A stretch of 64,000 bases of DNA from Clostridia bacterium (GCA_017461545.1 JAFTXP010000003.1:15549-79548); one strand, 5' to 3'. Counted from the stretch's first letter, positions 18,887 to 29,366 are shown. The notes: a model not told the origin generated them from the letters alone. Translations and numbers: made by a program.

Positions 18887-19894
18887 ATGCGGACTGTTAA
18901 AATTAAGTTTGTGGGTTTTTGGGGGCATCTGCAACCGGAGGAAATGCACATTTACAACATTCTGAAAAAACATTATAACGTAGAGATTTGTGACGACCCG
19001 GACTATATAATTTGCTCGATGTTCGGCGATTTGTACGATTACTGTTTCTATGACGGCATCAGAATTTTCTATTCGGGAGAGAACTATACGCCTGATTTCA
19101 GTTTGGTGGATTATGCCATAGGTTTTGACAATCTGAAGTACCATGACAGATTCCTGCAGTTTCCGGAGGCTTTAAAGTACAGGCATTATCTGAAACAGGC
19201 GGAGGACAAGCACAAGGATATAGAAGATGACTTTCTGAAAAATAAAACGAAATTTGCAAACTTTATCTTCTCTCACGAATCCGAAAAGGGCGAAAGAGAA
19301 AAGATATTTGAATTGCTTTCAAAGTATAAAAAAGTTGACTCTGTCGGAACATTTTTGAATAACTCGGAGACCGGTTATGTAGCTGACGATTATGACAAGA
19401 AACTGGATTTTCTTGCTGAGTGCAAGTTTACAATAGCGTTTGAGAGCACGGAGCTGGAGGATTTTTATACGGAGAAAATTATTCATGCATTCGGTGCAAA
19501 GACGGTTCCGATTTATTTCGGAAATAAGAATATAAATGACATATTCAACCCTAAAGCTTTTATAAACTGCATGGACTTCCCGAGTCTGGAGGCAGCTGCG
19601 GAGTATGTGGCTAAAGTTGATCAGGATGATGAGTTGTACATGGAAATGCTCAGAACTCCCGCGTTTAAGGATCCCGATTATGTCGACAAAAAGTATAAAG
19701 AGCTGGAAGATTTCATCCTGAATATTTTTGAACAGGATTACGAGAAAGCATTCAGAAGGCCGCGCCATTCAGCTCCGATGTGGTGCAATGATGCGATAAA
19801 GGGTTGGATTGAAAGGTCAAGGTACGAGCAAAGAAACAGTTCAAAGTTTCTTTTCAGAATTTTAAGAAAGATAGAATCTATTTTTTATAAATAA
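18887..19894 (+). CDS. Glycosyltransferase family 10 (alpha-1,3-fucosyltransferase-like)
   Basis: FYSGENYTPDF, KFTIAFES, YTEKI..AF...TVPIYFG, FNPKAFIN. Confidence 0.88.
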   Translation: MRTVKIKFVGFWGHLQPEEMHIYNILKKHYNVEICDDPDYIICSMFGDLYDYCFYDGIRIFYSGENYTPDFSLVDYAIGFDNLKYHDRFLQFPEALKYRHYLKQAEDKHKDIEDDFLKNKTKFANFIFSHESEKGEREKIFELLSKYKKVDSVGTFLNNSETGYVADDYDKKLDFLAECKFTIAFESTELEDFYTEKIIHAFGAKTVPIYFGNKNINDIFNPKAFINCMDFPSLEAAAEYVAKVDQDDELYMEMLRTPAFKDPDYVDKKYKELEDFILNIFEQDYEKAFRRPRHSAPMWCNDAIKGWIERSRYEQRNSSKFLFRILRKIESIFYK

Positions 19895-19921
19895 CAGCAA
19901 TATAGATTTGAAGGGGTTTCT

Positions 19922-21499
19922 ATGTTAAAGGATTTACTCGATACAAGGAAAGATTTGCAGAAGCATTTATTTGTCAGAGGTTTTATGATAACCAATGACA
20001 AGTTTACTGTGTCGGCCCAGTTCCCTTTCTACGGAAACTGGAAACAGCAGAAGATCGGAAACTACACATTTTGCGTTCACAATCTTCAGCAGTATTATTT
20101 TGTTGAAAGAGAAGGAAAGACTTTTTTTCTGATAGGACACGCCTATAATCCGTATACAATGGATTATGAGGAAGAAGTTATACTTACGAAGATTGCTGAG
20201 GCGTACTCCGAAGACAGAGAAGTATGGTTAAATTTTATAAATGAACTTACCGGTTTGTTTATAATAGGATATACGGAAGGTGACAATGCGGAGTTTTTAC
20301 TTGATGCTTCGGGTATGCAATACGCTTGTTACGGTGTTTTTAACAAAAAAATTTACATTGCATCGCATATGCAGCTCCTTGATGACTTGCTTGACCTAAA
20401 GAAAGATCCGTATATAGAAAAACTCATTAGATATAAATGGTACAAATATGTCTTCGGGAATTATTTCCCGGGAGACCTGACGAGATTTGTCGGTCTCAGA
20501 AGAGTTATCCCGAATACATTTGTAAGATTTGAAAAAGGACGATGTGAGTCGGAAAGATTCTATCCTAAGAAGAATCTTGATATGTGTAAAAATGAGGATG
20601 AATACATGGCTGTTGTGCATGAGGCCGCGGACATTATGCGGAATACAATGCTTCTTATATCAAAGAAATGGAAGGATGCCGGAATTTCACTGACGGGCGG
20701 TGTGGACAGTAATACGACACTTGCCGCGGCAAAAGGTCTTTACGACAAATTTACAAGCTTCAGCTATGTTGCGCTCCCTTACGAACGGGTTGACGCGGAG
20801 GCTGCGGAAGTTATCAGTAAAGCTGTGGGAATCGAACACAAAACAATTTATGTTCCCGAGAGAAATGAGGATATAAGGGATTTTGAAGCATTCAGCAAGA
20901 TTCTTCTTCACAACGACGGATATATCGGCAGAATGAAAGATCCGGATGTCAGAAAAAAGATTTTTCTAATGCAGGAAAACGTCTGTGACATAGAGGTTAA
21001 ATCATGGATATCCGAGACAGTCAGAGCTTATGCTTACAAGTATTACGGCAGAAAGACGATGCCGAAAAATATGAAGCCGAGACATTACAGCGCACTTTAC
21101 AAAATGTTCTTTTTCAGGAGAACATTGCTCTATAAAACAGATAAGGCCTTTGAAAAATATATTGCTGACACAAAAATAAAAGAGCATCTGTTTAACTATG
21201 ACGAATCAGACTTGTTTGTGTGGGAGATGATGCACGGAGGAAAGTGCTCGACAAATATAGGTACAATGAGATTTTGTTTTGATATAACAATTCCCTACAA
21301 CAACAGAAATCTTATTGACTTGTTGCTTCGTGTGCAGCTCGAGGACAGACTGTCGGACAGACATCACCTGGATATGAAAAAGTATCTTAATGAAGACATT
21401 ACGGCGCTTAATATATGTGTTGCAAACGAAAACCAGACATTCAGACGAAAGAGACTGTTAAATACAATATATAGAATAAATACGATTTTACCTTTTTAA
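19922..21499 (+). CDS. Asparagine synthase-related ATP pyrophosphatase protein lacking N-terminal Cys
   Basis: SLTGGVDS PP-loop, DASG, PYNNR; no N-terminal CGI. Confidence 0.6.
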   Translation: MLKDLLDTRKDLQKHLFVRGFMITNDKFTVSAQFPFYGNWKQQKIGNYTFCVHNLQQYYFVEREGKTFFLIGHAYNPYTMDYEEEVILTKIAEAYSEDREVWLNFINELTGLFIIGYTEGDNAEFLLDASGMQYACYGVFNKKIYIASHMQLLDDLLDLKKDPYIEKLIRYKWYKYVFGNYFPGDLTRFVGLRRVIPNTFVRFEKGRCESERFYPKKNLDMCKNEDEYMAVVHEAADIMRNTMLLISKKWKDAGISLTGGVDSNTTLAAAKGLYDKFTSFSYVALPYERVDAEAAEVISKAVGIEHKTIYVPERNEDIRDFEAFSKILLHNDGYIGRMKDPDVRKKIFLMQENVCDIEVKSWISETVRAYAYKYYGRKTMPKNMKPRHYSALYKMFFFRRTLLYKTDKAFEKYIADTKIKEHLFNYDESDLFVWEMMHGGKCSTNIGTMRFCFDITIPYNNRNLIDLLLRVQLEDRLSDRHHLDMKKYLNEDITALNICVANENQTFRRKRLLNTIYRINTILPF

Positions 21500-21519
21500 T
21501 CTTATGTGAGGGGATAGTT

Positions 21520-23400
21520 ATGTGCGGTATAAACGGATATGTGCAGTTTAAAGAAAGTTTAGATCCGGGCGGAATCGAAAGACTGATCAATCTGATGAAT
21601 GACAAAATCATTCACAGGGGCCCCGACGAGGACGGCGTATTTGCCTGTGACTCACTGGGGCTCGGTATGCGAAGGCTTTCTATTATTGATATTTCAACGG
21701 GAAAGCAACCGATATACAACGAGGACAAATCTCTTGTTATCGTGCTGAACGGAGAGGTTTATAACTATAAGTCCCTGCGTGAAGATTTGATACAAAAAGG
21801 TCACATATTTACTACGACAAGTGACACCGAGACGGTTTTGCACTGTTTTGAAGAATACGGCACAGGCTGTTTTGATAAACTCAACGGAATGTATGCTTTC
21901 GCCGTATACGATTTTAAGAATAAAAAAGTAACCGTTGCAAGGGACCGCATAGGCGAAAAGCCTCTTTACTATTATGCGGACGGCGAAAAGTTGTTGTTTG
22001 CTTCGGAACTCAAAAGCATCATTGCTACAGGCTTTGCGGAAAAGAAGATATGCAAAAAAGCTCTTTGCCAATATCTGCAGCTGACATATATACCGGCACC
22101 CCTTACCATTTTAGAAAATGTATATAAACTTTGCCCGGGAAATTATATGGAAATTGATCTGAGCGGCAAATTTGAAATAAAACAATACTGGAACGTTACA
22201 TACAGCGAGAAGTCGTTGATAACAGACTATGAGGAATGTAAACGCGAACTCAGAAAGGCGATGTTTAATGCTGTAGAGGAGTGTATGGTTTCAGATGTTC
22301 CCGTAGGCGCTTTCCTGAGCGGCGGTATAGATTCCACGACGATTGTAGGTATCATGTCTAAGATTTCATCAAAGCCGATTGACACATTTACTATCGGATA
22401 TAATGAAAAGTCGTACGACGAGAGCGACAGAGCGAAGCTTACGTCAGATCTGCACCGCACAAATCACCATGTATTTACACTTGATTATAACGACGCCCTG
22501 CCGGAGCTTGAAAGACTTGTAGGCAATATTGACGAACCGTTTGCGGACTCATCTTTAATCCCGAGTTATATGGTTTCAAAGTTTGCACGCAAGCATGTAA
22601 AGACCATTCTTACAGGCGATTCGGGAGACGAGCTCTTCGGCGGGTATGAAAAATATCTTATAGAATATTTTTCAGAGCGGTTCAACCGCATACCTTCATT
22701 CATGCGAAAGGGTATAAAAAAGGCGGTCTACGCGATGCCTCCGCAGAACACCTTGGCAAGACGCGCAAGGAAAGTAATCGATAATGCTGAAATGGATATA
22801 TTTGAGCAGCGAAGAAATCTTATGTGCCTGGCGTTTAAGAAAACGGAGCTGCCGGATCTGCTCTGCGGCGAATATAACGAAGAGGGTACGACGGACTTTA
22901 TAAGAGAGTACTATGACACGTACGCAAACGATATCGACGAGATGTCTTGCGCTTTGTATACGGATCTTAAGGTTGTACTTGAGGGAGACATGCTTCCGAA
23001 AGTTGACCGCGCGAGCATGCTCAATTCTCTTGAGACAAGAGTTCCGATGCTTCACCGGGAAGTTGTGGAACTTGCGGCGAGAATTCCGATAAAATATAAA
23101 ATAAACTCAAAAAATAAGAAAATCATCTTAAAAGAGACGTTTTCGGACCTAATACCTCCGGCGTTGCTTACTGCGTCAAAGAAAGGTTTTGCCGTTCCGA
23201 TTGCCTTCTGGTTTAAGAACGAGCTCAAGGCTGAGCTTATAAAATGTCTTGACGAAGAGAAAATAAGAAGTCAGGGAATTTTTAACTACGAATACATCGC
23301 CCGGATAATGGAAGAACACTTTTTCGATAAGCGTGACAGAACTCCGGAGCTCTGGTCGCTGTATGTATTTGAGAAGTGGTATGAGAATTATTTTAATTGA
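21520..23400 (+). CDS. asnB: Asparagine synthase (glutamine-hydrolyzing) family amidotransferase
   Basis: MCGI, HRGPD, RRLSIID, LSGGIDS, TGDSGDELFGGY, DRASM..SLETRVP, KKGF. Confidence 0.93.
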   Translation: MCGINGYVQFKESLDPGGIERLINLMNDKIIHRGPDEDGVFACDSLGLGMRRLSIIDISTGKQPIYNEDKSLVIVLNGEVYNYKSLREDLIQKGHIFTTTSDTETVLHCFEEYGTGCFDKLNGMYAFAVYDFKNKKVTVARDRIGEKPLYYYADGEKLLFASELKSIIATGFAEKKICKKALCQYLQLTYIPAPLTILENVYKLCPGNYMEIDLSGKFEIKQYWNVTYSEKSLITDYEECKRELRKAMFNAVEECMVSDVPVGAFLSGGIDSTTIVGIMSKISSKPIDTFTIGYNEKSYDESDRAKLTSDLHRTNHHVFTLDYNDALPELERLVGNIDEPFADSSLIPSYMVSKFARKHVKTILTGDSGDELFGGYEKYLIEYFSERFNRIPSFMRKGIKKAVYAMPPQNTLARRARKVIDNAEMDIFEQRRNLMCLAFKKTELPDLLCGEYNEEGTTDFIREYYDTYANDIDEMSCALYTDLKVVLEGDMLPKVDRASMLNSLETRVPMLHREVVELAARIPIKYKINSKNKKIILKETFSDLIPPALLTASKKGFAVPIAFWFKNELKAELIKCLDEEKIRSQGIFNYEYIARIMEEHFFDKRDRTPELWSLYVFEKWYENYFN

Positions 23401-23426
23401 GAATTTTGCCGGAGAAAAGTTAAGCT

Positions 23427-23613
23427 ATGAAAAAAATTATTATTGTACTCAGTTCTCTTCATATAGGCGGAGCGGAAGTGCGGATGACCGATATTGCGAA
23501 AAAGCTGCTGAAGGATAAATATTCGGTGGATTCTCTTGCTTAAAGAACCGGTACAAAAGTTGTGCGAAGAAATAATAAAGGTACATTCTGTAAAAAAACG
23601 TCAACATCGCTGA
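23427..23613 (+). pseudogene. Remnant 5' end of a GT4 glycosyltransferase
   Basis: ATG 23427 reads MKKIIIVLSSLHIGGAEVRMTDIAKKLLKDKYSVDSLA* (stop 23541-23543). This is a GGAE-type GT4 start, apparently frameshifted and then truncated. Confidence 0.7.
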
Positions 23614-23709
23614 TAAAACAACGTTTTGAGGACAGGAAATATATGGTTGAAAGTGAAGTTAATCAACTTATGAATATATATGATAGAATTTGATTTGAAG
23701 GTGCTTAAA

Positions 23710-24792
23710 ATGAGTAAGAAAATTGCATGTTTTTTTCCTACCGTCTCAGGACATAAGTTTTTGGGAGGCTCCGAACGACGTATGTCGAGAGTTCTCAGCA
23801 GATTGACCGAGGACGATTTTGATGTGTCAATTGTTATAAAGACCTCCGCGGGAAATTCTGATGTTGTGGTAGGTCTGTATAAAAATTTCTGTAATGAGAA
23901 GGTAAAACTTGTAACTGTTAAAAGCAATATGGGGATTGTCAGACATTTTGCGAAAAATAAGTATGATTGGGTTTTATATCCGGATTGTTGCTTCAGAGCT
24001 GTTCCCGTGATTTTTGGATCGTTCTTTGCAAGAAGCAAACGAATGATTCTCAATGTCAATTCCGGTGCGGATATACTGTACAGCAATTCTTTTCTGCGGA
24101 AAGCGGGATATAATTTTGCAGTAAAGGCTTCGCATAGGGTTGATTGTCTGTATCCGTGGATTTTTGATGATTTTAAAACACGATACAGTAAAAAAACGAT
24201 AACTCTGACGCCATGTTCTTTTACAGATTTTAATAAATTTTTTGCAGCACCTGAGAAGGAAAAAAATATTATATTTTCAGGCCGACTTGTTCCGCTGAAA
24301 AATTCTGATCTGTTTGTGGATGCTATGATAAAAATTAAAGAGCAGCTTGACGGGAAGGGATATAAATGTCTCTTATGCGGAGACGGTGATCCGGTAATCA
24401 GGAATAGCCTTGAGGATAAAATAAAGCATGACAAATGTGAGGATATTATAAAGCTGATCGGATATGCAGATATGGCAGAAATACTTCCTTATTCGCGCAT
24501 TTACTGTTCGCTTCAGAAAATATCAAATTATCCGTCGCAGGCACTTATTGAGGCGATTGCATGCGGTAATTACTGCATAGCGACGCAGCATCAGAATGAT
24601 GATTTACTCATAAGACCGGAATTTGCAACGTTCATAGAAGAGAGTGCAGATTCTCTGGCGGAGGCGGTACTTAATGCGATTGAGTTCAGCGATGAAAAGT
24701 GGGAGCAGATAAGTAAAGATGCTCATGAATATGCTCTGAAAAACTGTCATATCGACAATCAGGTAAACCATTACAGAAATTTATTGAGTTAA
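23710..24792 (+). CDS. Glycosyltransferase family 4
   Basis: LGGSERR, FSGRLVPLKN, NYPSQALIEAIACG. Confidence 0.82.
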   Translation: MSKKIACFFPTVSGHKFLGGSERRMSRVLSRLTEDDFDVSIVIKTSAGNSDVVVGLYKNFCNEKVKLVTVKSNMGIVRHFAKNKYDWVLYPDCCFRAVPVIFGSFFARSKRMILNVNSGADILYSNSFLRKAGYNFAVKASHRVDCLYPWIFDDFKTRYSKKTITLTPCSFTDFNKFFAAPEKEKNIIFSGRLVPLKNSDLFVDAMIKIKEQLDGKGYKCLLCGDGDPVIRNSLEDKIKHDKCEDIIKLIGYADMAEILPYSRIYCSLQKISNYPSQALIEAIACGNYCIATQHQNDDLLIRPEFATFIEESADSLAEAVLNAIEFSDEKWEQISKDAHEYALKNCHIDNQVNHYRNLLS

Positions 24793-24824
24793 TATATTTA
24801 TTAATTAGTAAAGGAGATTTTAGT

Positions 24825-25895
24825 ATGAAGTACGGATTAATAGGTTGCGGAAGAATTTCCCCGAATCATATTGCGGCAGCGTTAGCAAATAATTTAGAAA
24901 TAGTTGCTCTGTGTGATGTTGTTGCAGATAATATTGAAGATAAGATACTTAAATTTGATTTGCCGAGAACTATAAGGGTTTATACTGACTACAAAGAAAT
25001 GCTTGCAACCGAGTCACTTGAGCTTGTATCAATCGCTACCGAAAGCGGAAAGCATGCGCAGATTGCTCTGGATTGCATAGATGCCGGATGCAATTTAATT
25101 ATTGAAAAACCTATTGCACTCTCTTTGGAGGATGCCGATAAAGTTATTGCTGCGGCAAAGGCAAAAGGCGTTAAAGTATCAGCGTGCCATCAGAATCGGT
25201 TTAATAAGTCTATTCAGAAAATCAGAGAGGCGGTAGAAAGACGAAGATTCGGAAAGCTTTTCTATGGAACTGCACATATTCGATGGAACCGTGGTTACGA
25301 ATATTATTCTCGTGCCAACTGGAGAGGAACATGGGCACAGGACGGCGGCGCGTTGATGAATCAGTGCATTCACAATATAGATCTTCTCAGATGGATGATG
25401 GGAGGGGATATTGTTGAAGTAGTAGGTATGACAGATAAATTGAACCATGATTATATAGAGGCTGAGGATCTGGGCATTGCGCTGGTTCGTTTTGCCAACG
25501 GCAGCTACGGTATCATTGAAGGAACTACCGACATATATCCGCAGAATCTTGAGGAAACTTTATACATTTTCGGTGAAAAAGGAACTGTTAAAGCCGGCGG
25601 AAAATCAGTTAATATAATTGAGGAGTGGCGTTTTTCCGATGCGCTCGATGACCCTGATGATATTAAAAAACAGTATCATGAAAATCCGCCGAATGTATAT
25701 GGATTCGGACATACTCCGCTTTATGCAGATGTAATTGATGCAATAATGACAGGCAGAGAACCATATGTAACTGCAGAAGACGGAAGACGCGCATTGGAGC
25801 TTGTGCTTGCGATATACAAATCTGCGTCAGAAGGTGTTTCGGTTAAATTACCTTTGGAAAAATGCAGTACACTTGATTTTGTAGGTAGGTTTTAA
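24825..25895 (+). CDS. Gfo/Idh/MocA oxidoreductase, UDP-GlcNAcA 3-dehydrogenase-like (WbpB/WlbA)
   Basis: IGCGRI, EKP, QNRFN, DGGALMNQCIHNIDLL; adjacent to wbpD/wbpE-like genes. Confidence 0.85.
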   Translation: MKYGLIGCGRISPNHIAAALANNLEIVALCDVVADNIEDKILKFDLPRTIRVYTDYKEMLATESLELVSIATESGKHAQIALDCIDAGCNLIIEKPIALSLEDADKVIAAAKAKGVKVSACHQNRFNKSIQKIREAVERRRFGKLFYGTAHIRWNRGYEYYSRANWRGTWAQDGGALMNQCIHNIDLLRWMMGGDIVEVVGMTDKLNHDYIEAEDLGIALVRFANGSYGIIEGTTDIYPQNLEETLYIFGEKGTVKAGGKSVNIIEEWRFSDALDDPDDIKKQYHENPPNVYGFGHTPLYADVIDAIMTGREPYVTAEDGRRALELVLAIYKSASEGVSVKLPLEKCSTLDFVGRF

Positions 25896-25899
25896 TTTT

Positions 25900-26475
25900 A
25901 TGGCTGATTATTTTGTTCACGAAAGCAGTTACGTAGATGATGGCGTGACGATAGGAAAAAATACGAAAATCTGGCACTTTTGCCATGTGCAGAGAGGTGC
26001 TGTAATCGGTGAAAACTGTTCTCTGGGTCAAAATGTAAACATATCCAATAATGTCAAAATCGGAAACGGAGTAAAGATACAGAATAATGTATCAGTATAC
26101 GAAGGAGTCGAGTTGGAGGATTATGTTTTTTGCGGACCTTCCATGGTTTTTACAAATGATTTAACACCGCGTGCAAAGTATCCGAAGGGACCGGCAGGTT
26201 ATCTGAAAACAAAAATTTGTGAAGGTGCTTCTGTAGGTGCGAATGCCACAATTGTGTGCGGTAATACAGTGGGGCGGTGGGCATTGATTGCATCAGGCGC
26301 TGTAGTTACTAAAAATGTGAAAAATTATGCTCTTATGGCAGGTATTCCTGCAAGGCAAATAGGTTGGGTATGTGAATGCGGCGATGTGCTTGGAAAATCG
26401 CTCCGCTGCAATAAATGCAATCGGGAATATGTACTTGAAAACGATGAATTAATAGAAAAAAAGGATGATGTTTAA
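25900..26475 (+). CDS. Nucleotide-sugar N-acetyltransferase (WbpD/WlbB-like)
   Basis: KIWHFCHV, KIQNNVSVYEGV, GPSMVFTND, GIPARQIGWVCECG. Confidence 0.9.
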   Translation: MADYFVHESSYVDDGVTIGKNTKIWHFCHVQRGAVIGENCSLGQNVNISNNVKIGNGVKIQNNVSVYEGVELEDYVFCGPSMVFTNDLTPRAKYPKGPAGYLKTKICEGASVGANATIVCGNTVGRWALIASGAVVTKNVKNYALMAGIPARQIGWVCECGDVLGKSLRCNKCNREYVLENDELIEKKDDV

Positions 26476-26476
26476 A

Positions 26477-27610
26477 ATGGAATTTCGTGATCTGAAAAAA
26501 CAGTATGCTGTTCTCAAGAATAAAATAGATAAATCTGTGTTGGATGTTATGGCATCAGGCGGTTATATTATGGGAAAACCTGTAACCGAGCTCGAAATTT
26601 CCCTTGCCGAATATGTAGGCAGTAAGCATTGTGTTTCGTGTGCAAACGGCACGGATGCTCTGTCTCTTGCACTAATGGCAATGGGAATAGGTTCAGGCGA
26701 CTGTGTATTTGTACCGGACTTTACATTTTTTGCGACAGCCGAGGTTGTGTCTTTTGCAGGAGCTTATCCGGTTTTTGTTGATGTTGACCGTGATACGTTT
26801 AATATAGACTCTGCTAAACTTGATGAAGCTGTCAGACGTGTGAAATCAGAGGGGAAATATATTCCTAAAGCAGTTATTGCCGTTGATTTGTTCGGGCTTC
26901 CTGCAAATTATCAAGAGATAAGAAAAGTTGCTGATAAATATGGTTTATATGTAATAGAAGATGCAGCTCAGGGTTTCGGTGGTTCGATAAACGGCAAAAA
27001 AGCATGCAGTTTCGGCGATATCTCTACTACTTCATTCTTCCCTGCAAAACCTCTGGGTTGTTACGGGGACGGAGGTGCTGTATTTACTGACAATGACGAG
27101 TGGGCATCAATCATGACATCTCTTAAATATCACGGCAAGGGTTCCTATAAATACGACAATGTCAGAATAGGAATGAATTCACGGCTTGATACGATTCAGG
27201 CAGCTATTTTAAAACCTAAGTTTGATGCGTTCAAGGAATATGAACTTGACTCGGTAAATGAATTTGCCCGGACATATTCGTCTATGCTTGCCGGATATGT
27301 TAAAATTCCGCAAATACCGGAGGGCTTTTATTCATCATGGGCGCAATATACAATTACACTTGAAAATCAGGAGCAGCGAGACTCGTTGCAGATGTATCTT
27401 AAGGAGCGCGGAATTCCTTCGACGGTATATTACCCGAGAGCGATGCATGAACAGACTGCTTTTTCGGATGTTGCTTCAGATGTCAGTTCTTTGCAGATAA
27501 GTAAAATTCTCAGCGAAACAGTTCTTTCCCTTCCTATGCACCCATATATGGAGCAGGAGGATATTGAGTATATATGTAATTCAATACAGGAGTTCATAAG
27601 GAGCAGGTAA
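26477..27610 (+). CDS. DegT/DnrJ aminotransferase (WbpE/WlbC-like)
   Basis: ANGTDAL, EDAAQ, SFFPAKPLGCYGDGG, NSRLDTIQA. Confidence 0.9.
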   Translation: MEFRDLKKQYAVLKNKIDKSVLDVMASGGYIMGKPVTELEISLAEYVGSKHCVSCANGTDALSLALMAMGIGSGDCVFVPDFTFFATAEVVSFAGAYPVFVDVDRDTFNIDSAKLDEAVRRVKSEGKYIPKAVIAVDLFGLPANYQEIRKVADKYGLYVIEDAAQGFGGSINGKKACSFGDISTTSFFPAKPLGCYGDGGAVFTDNDEWASIMTSLKYHGKGSYKYDNVRIGMNSRLDTIQAAILKPKFDAFKEYELDSVNEFARTYSSMLAGYVKIPQIPEGFYSSWAQYTITLENQEQRDSLQMYLKERGIPSTVYYPRAMHEQTAFSDVASDVSSLQISKILSETVLSLPMHPYMEQEDIEYICNSIQEFIRSR

Positions 27611-27613
27611 AAT

Positions 27614-28504
27614 ATGAAAACACTTACTGTAATTACTACTACTTACAACAGAGCTTATTGCATAGGTAACTTATACGAGTCATTAAAGAGACAGACATGT
27701 GATGATTTTGTATGGTTAATAGTCGATGACGGTTCTTCTGATAATACTGCGGATGTGATAAAAGGATTCATCGAAGAAAATAAGGTTGAGATAATCTATA
27801 TAAAGCAGAAGAATACAGGTATGCACGGTGCAAGAAATACCGCTTATGACAATGCGGCTACCGAGATCAACACTATAATTGATGATGATGATTATATGAC
27901 CGATGATGCTGTTGAGAAAATCACTTCATTCTGGAAGGTAAATAAACGCGGCGGAATTGCTGGTTTTGTCGCATATAATGTTGATTTAAAAGGCGACATA
28001 ATCGGTTCTCCGCTTCCTGAGGGCGTTGTTGAAACAACTACAACGGAGCTTTTTGAGAAGTACAAAGTTACAGGAGACAAAAAGCTTGTATATCGTTGTG
28101 ATGTCATAAAAAAATATCCATTCCCTGTTTTTGAAGGTGAAAAGTTTTTTCCTGCAAGCTACAAGTACAGATTGCTCGATTTAGAATATAAAATTTTGAT
28201 GATGCCCGAACCAATCTGTGTTGTTGACTGTAATCAGAACAGTATGACATTTAACAAAGTTGCCCAGTACCGTTCGTGTGCAAAAGGTTTTGCTTTCTAC
28301 CGCAATGAAATGATACGCATATCGAAAAATCCTAAGTTCATTATAAAGGAGACAATTCACTATATTGCGGAAAGTTTGCTCGGCGGAAATAAACATTTTA
28401 TAAAATCTGCTCACAAAAAGGGCTATGCAATATTATGTACGCCCGTAGGAGTTGCTCTTTATTTTTACATTAAAAGAACAAAGAAAAAAGCAATAGGAGT
28501 GTAA
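27614..28504 (+). CDS. Glycosyltransferase family 2
   Basis: TTTYNRA, VDDGSSD, IDDDD, GEKF. Confidence 0.9.
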   Translation: MKTLTVITTTYNRAYCIGNLYESLKRQTCDDFVWLIVDDGSSDNTADVIKGFIEENKVEIIYIKQKNTGMHGARNTAYDNAATEINTIIDDDDYMTDDAVEKITSFWKVNKRGGIAGFVAYNVDLKGDIIGSPLPEGVVETTTTELFEKYKVTGDKKLVYRCDVIKKYPFPVFEGEKFFPASYKYRLLDLEYKILMMPEPICVVDCNQNSMTFNKVAQYRSCAKGFAFYRNEMIRISKNPKFIIKETIHYIAESLLGGNKHFIKSAHKKGYAILCTPVGVALYFYIKRTKKKAIGV

Positions 28505-28505
28505 T

Positions 28506-29363
28506 TTGTTACATAAGAACATTAAAAATAAAGGAAAATACAGACGTATTATTGCGGCAGTAGTTCCGCTCATAATTGTAATGGGATATGTTTATTCCTA
28601 TTTAAATGTCATTCAATACAATTTAGGCATAACCGAATTTACCGTTGCAGACGAAAAGGTTGAAAGCGGCATCAGAGTTGCACTGATTGCTGACCTGCAC
28701 AACCATGAATACGGCGAAGATAACAGTGAGCTTTTGACTATGATTCGTGATGGAAAACCTGATATCATCGCGGTCGTAGGGGACACGGTGCTGAAAAAAT
28801 CCGACGATACAGATGTTATGAAAAAGTTTTTCTCTGATCTTGCGGAGATTGCGCCTACATATTGCTGCCTGGGAAATCACGAGCTGAATCTCATGGAACG
28901 CGGCATCGATATCAAGGGGATTGTATCTGAAACAGGTGTGACAATGCTGGACGATGAAACAGTGTTTACCGAAATAAACGGAAACAGAGTTGCAATCGGG
29001 GGACTTACTTACAATCCTGATTACGGAACTGATTCTCTTGTGTATTTAAAAGAATTTGCCGCTCTTGACGAATACAAACTATTATTGTGCCATTTTCCCG
29101 AGTACCAATGGCAATTTTTAAAGATGGATATAGATCTTGTTCTGTGCGGACATGTACACGGAGGACTTGTCAGAGTGCCCGGTGTCGGCGGGCTGTTCGC
29201 TCCCACGCAGGGTTTCTTCCCTGAATACACGGAAGGAGTATATGAGTCTGATAATGCGACGATGATAATATCACGAGGTCTCGGATCGTCGTCATTTGTA
29301 CCGAGAGTAAATAATCCGACAGAGCTTGTATTTGTGAATATAGAAGAAGTCGTTCGGAATTAA
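28506..29363 (+). CDS. Membrane-anchored metallophosphoesterase (YkuE-like)
   Basis: N-terminal TM; DLH, GD, GNHE, CGHVHGG, SRGLG motifs. Confidence 0.88.
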   Translation: MLHKNIKNKGKYRRIIAAVVPLIIVMGYVYSYLNVIQYNLGITEFTVADEKVESGIRVALIADLHNHEYGEDNSELLTMIRDGKPDIIAVVGDTVLKKSDDTDVMKKFFSDLAEIAPTYCCLGNHELNLMERGIDIKGIVSETGVTMLDDETVFTEINGNRVAIGGLTYNPDYGTDSLVYLKEFAALDEYKLLLCHFPEYQWQFLKMDIDLVLCGHVHGGLVRVPGVGGLFAPTQGFFPEYTEGVYESDNATMIISRGLGSSSFVPRVNNPTELVFVNIEEVVRN

Positions 29364-29366
29364 TAT

